A stretch of 64,000 bases of DNA from Trichoplax sp. H2 (Eukaryota), in contig NOWV01000243.1 of NCBI GenBank assembly GCA_003344405.1, positions 1 through 64,000 of the forward strand, written 5' to 3'. The notes below the pieces were generated by a model, which searched no databases, was not told where the DNA came from, and saw only the letters and a list, made by a program, of their open reading frames with translations. Of the stretch, positions 62,246-64,000 are shown in pieces (the stretch's first letter is position 1; each line of letters starts with the position of its first letter). The position numbers were made by a program, and so were the translations under genes.

Positions 62246-63643
62246 ATGGAAGATGACAAAGATCACTCAGAGCATGATAGTGCTGCAAGTATTGCTGTTG
62301 ATGGTCTTAGTTTAGACCCAAAGCAACAGAAAGAATTTGAGAAAAAGCTCAAAAAATTGCCAACTAAGGTTAGCTATTTCGATCATGGAGGAGGTAGAGT
62401 TGTTCGGTTGATGCAGCTACTGCACAACTGCAACTCGTTTTATGGGAGATGCTCGAGAGGTTATTACAGTATATTGTTGAGTTATAGTAAGGTTAAGCTC
62501 AGAAGAATCTTCATGAGCACCATCACTTTCTGATAATATACCTGATATCATGTAAAAGTTGGAAGTAATGACAGTTGATTCTAAGGTCATGTAGAATACT
62601 GCCCAGTACGGCCACCATGGAGCTCGCTAGTAAAGCACATGCTGCTGTAGTTCTTGACGATCAAGGAAGGAACTAATTAAACTAATTGTTGTAATGTTGG
62701 TAATATTCAAGATGCTTAATCTATCACAATCTTAATCAACACGATCACTTTCTTAATTTACTTCATATCATGTAAAAGTTAGAAATAGTGAAGGTTATTG
62801 ATTCTAGTGTAATGCAGAATACTAATGTAAATGAGTACGATCACTTTCTTATTAATATACCTGATATCATGTAAAAATTACAAGTAGCAAGGGTTGATGC
62901 TATGATAATGTAGAATACTGATCTTAATGAGCACGATCACTTTCTTGAAATGTACCTGATATCATGTAAAAGTTTCAAGTAGTGGCAATTGACTCTATGG
63001 CAATGTAGAATACTACCCAGCACGGCCGCTATGGAGCTCGCTAGTAACGCACATGCAGCTGTAGTTCTTGACGACCAAGGAAGGAACTAATTGTTGTAGT
63101 GTTGGTAATATTCAAGTTACTTAATCTATCACTATCTTCATCAGCACGATCACTTTCTTAATCTACCTAATATCAAAGTTAGAAGTAGTCAGGGTTGATT
63201 CTAGCACGGCTACTAGGGAGCTCGCTAGTAACGCACATACAGCTTCAGCTCTTGACGACCAAGGAAGGAACTAATTAAACTAATTATTTTAATACTGGTA
63301 ATAGTCATAATGCTTAATCTATCACGCTATGAATGTGCACGATTACTTTCTCGAAATATACCGGAGTGAGTTTAACTGATTTTGCAGGACTATGACCTGA
63401 TATCATGTAAAAGTTAGAAGTAGTGAGAGTTGATTGTATGGTTATGTAGAATACTGCCCATCACGGCGACCCGTGGAGCTCGCTGGTAGAGCACGTACAC
63501 AGTAACTGCAGTTCTTGACGACCACAGAACGGAACGAATGTTAGTAATATTCAAGATGCTTAATCTATCGTGAAATGATTCATTTACCTTCAGGTCGAGC
63601 TTAAAAGAGTTTTACCAACGTCTTCAAATTCTTCATGTACACT
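62246..63643 (+). CDS. Possible first exons of an unidentified gene (62246-62368 joined to about 63594-63636)
   Basis: MEDDKDHSEHDSAASIAVDGLSLDPKQQKEFEKKLKKLPTK has protein-like composition and ends at AAG|GTTAG; acceptor CTTCAG at 63593 continues in phase 0 as VELKRVLPTSSNSS. No family recognised. Confidence 0.35.
62510..63570. repeat. Composite tandem repeat of two interleaved subunits
   Basis: Subunit A (CACGATCACTTTCT...CCTGATATCATGTAAAAGTT...ATGTAGAATACT) occurs about 6 times; subunit B (GGAGCTCGCTAGTA...TCTTGACGACCAAGGAAGGAAC...TGCTTAATCTATC) occurs 4 times, near 62619, 63033, 63219 and 63475. Confidence 0.9.
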
Positions 63644-64000
63644 TGATACTTATCACATTTTTAGTTCAATAAGTAGGACACAATTACAGTTGATCTATGC
63701 TACCGGACATACCATAAGAGACCAACCATTGAAGAGATTGACTAGCCAGGAGCTGACTGGGATTCTATAAAATCCTTAGTAGTTATTATGTCGCCAATTT
63801 TGTTGGAAAGCTGAGCTCAGGAGAACCTCTATCAAAGTCTTCTACTTTCTTGAAATGCAGTTGGTTTCACGTCTAAGTTATCAAAAGTCAATGATACTGA
63901 ACTGTAAGAGGAGGTACCATTGAGGAGAGTATCTAACAGTAAACTCGAAGTTCATACAGCTGTTGATGAGATTTTAATCAATACATATATAGTTAGAGTC

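Overview
AT-rich eukaryotic (metazoan) genomic DNA with many tiny GT-AG introns and three 20-N assembly gaps. Gene content and structure suggest an early-branching animal such as a placozoan (Trichoplax-like); this is an inference. From left to right the window holds: a partial class-A GPCR and GPCR pseudogene remnants; a two-exon Mnx homeobox gene with an 8.1-kb intron, alone in a ~38-kb gene desert; coatomer zeta (8 exons, minus); a 5-kb repeat-filled divergent intergenic region; CLASP (~44 exons, plus); MDH1B (2 exons, minus) with an RFX X-box upstream; and the start of an unidentified gene with a composite repeat in its intron. The main signal not visible in the ORF track is two LTR families. 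Each has a complete solo LTR with TGT...ACA ends and a perfect 5-bp target-site duplication. There is also one nested insertion and one apparently heterozygous filled/empty site exposed at an assembly gap. The Mnx-COPZ-CLASP-MDH1B linkage resembles a Hox-neighbourhood ('ghost Hox') block with no Hox gene visible. All calls were made by eye, without database searches.
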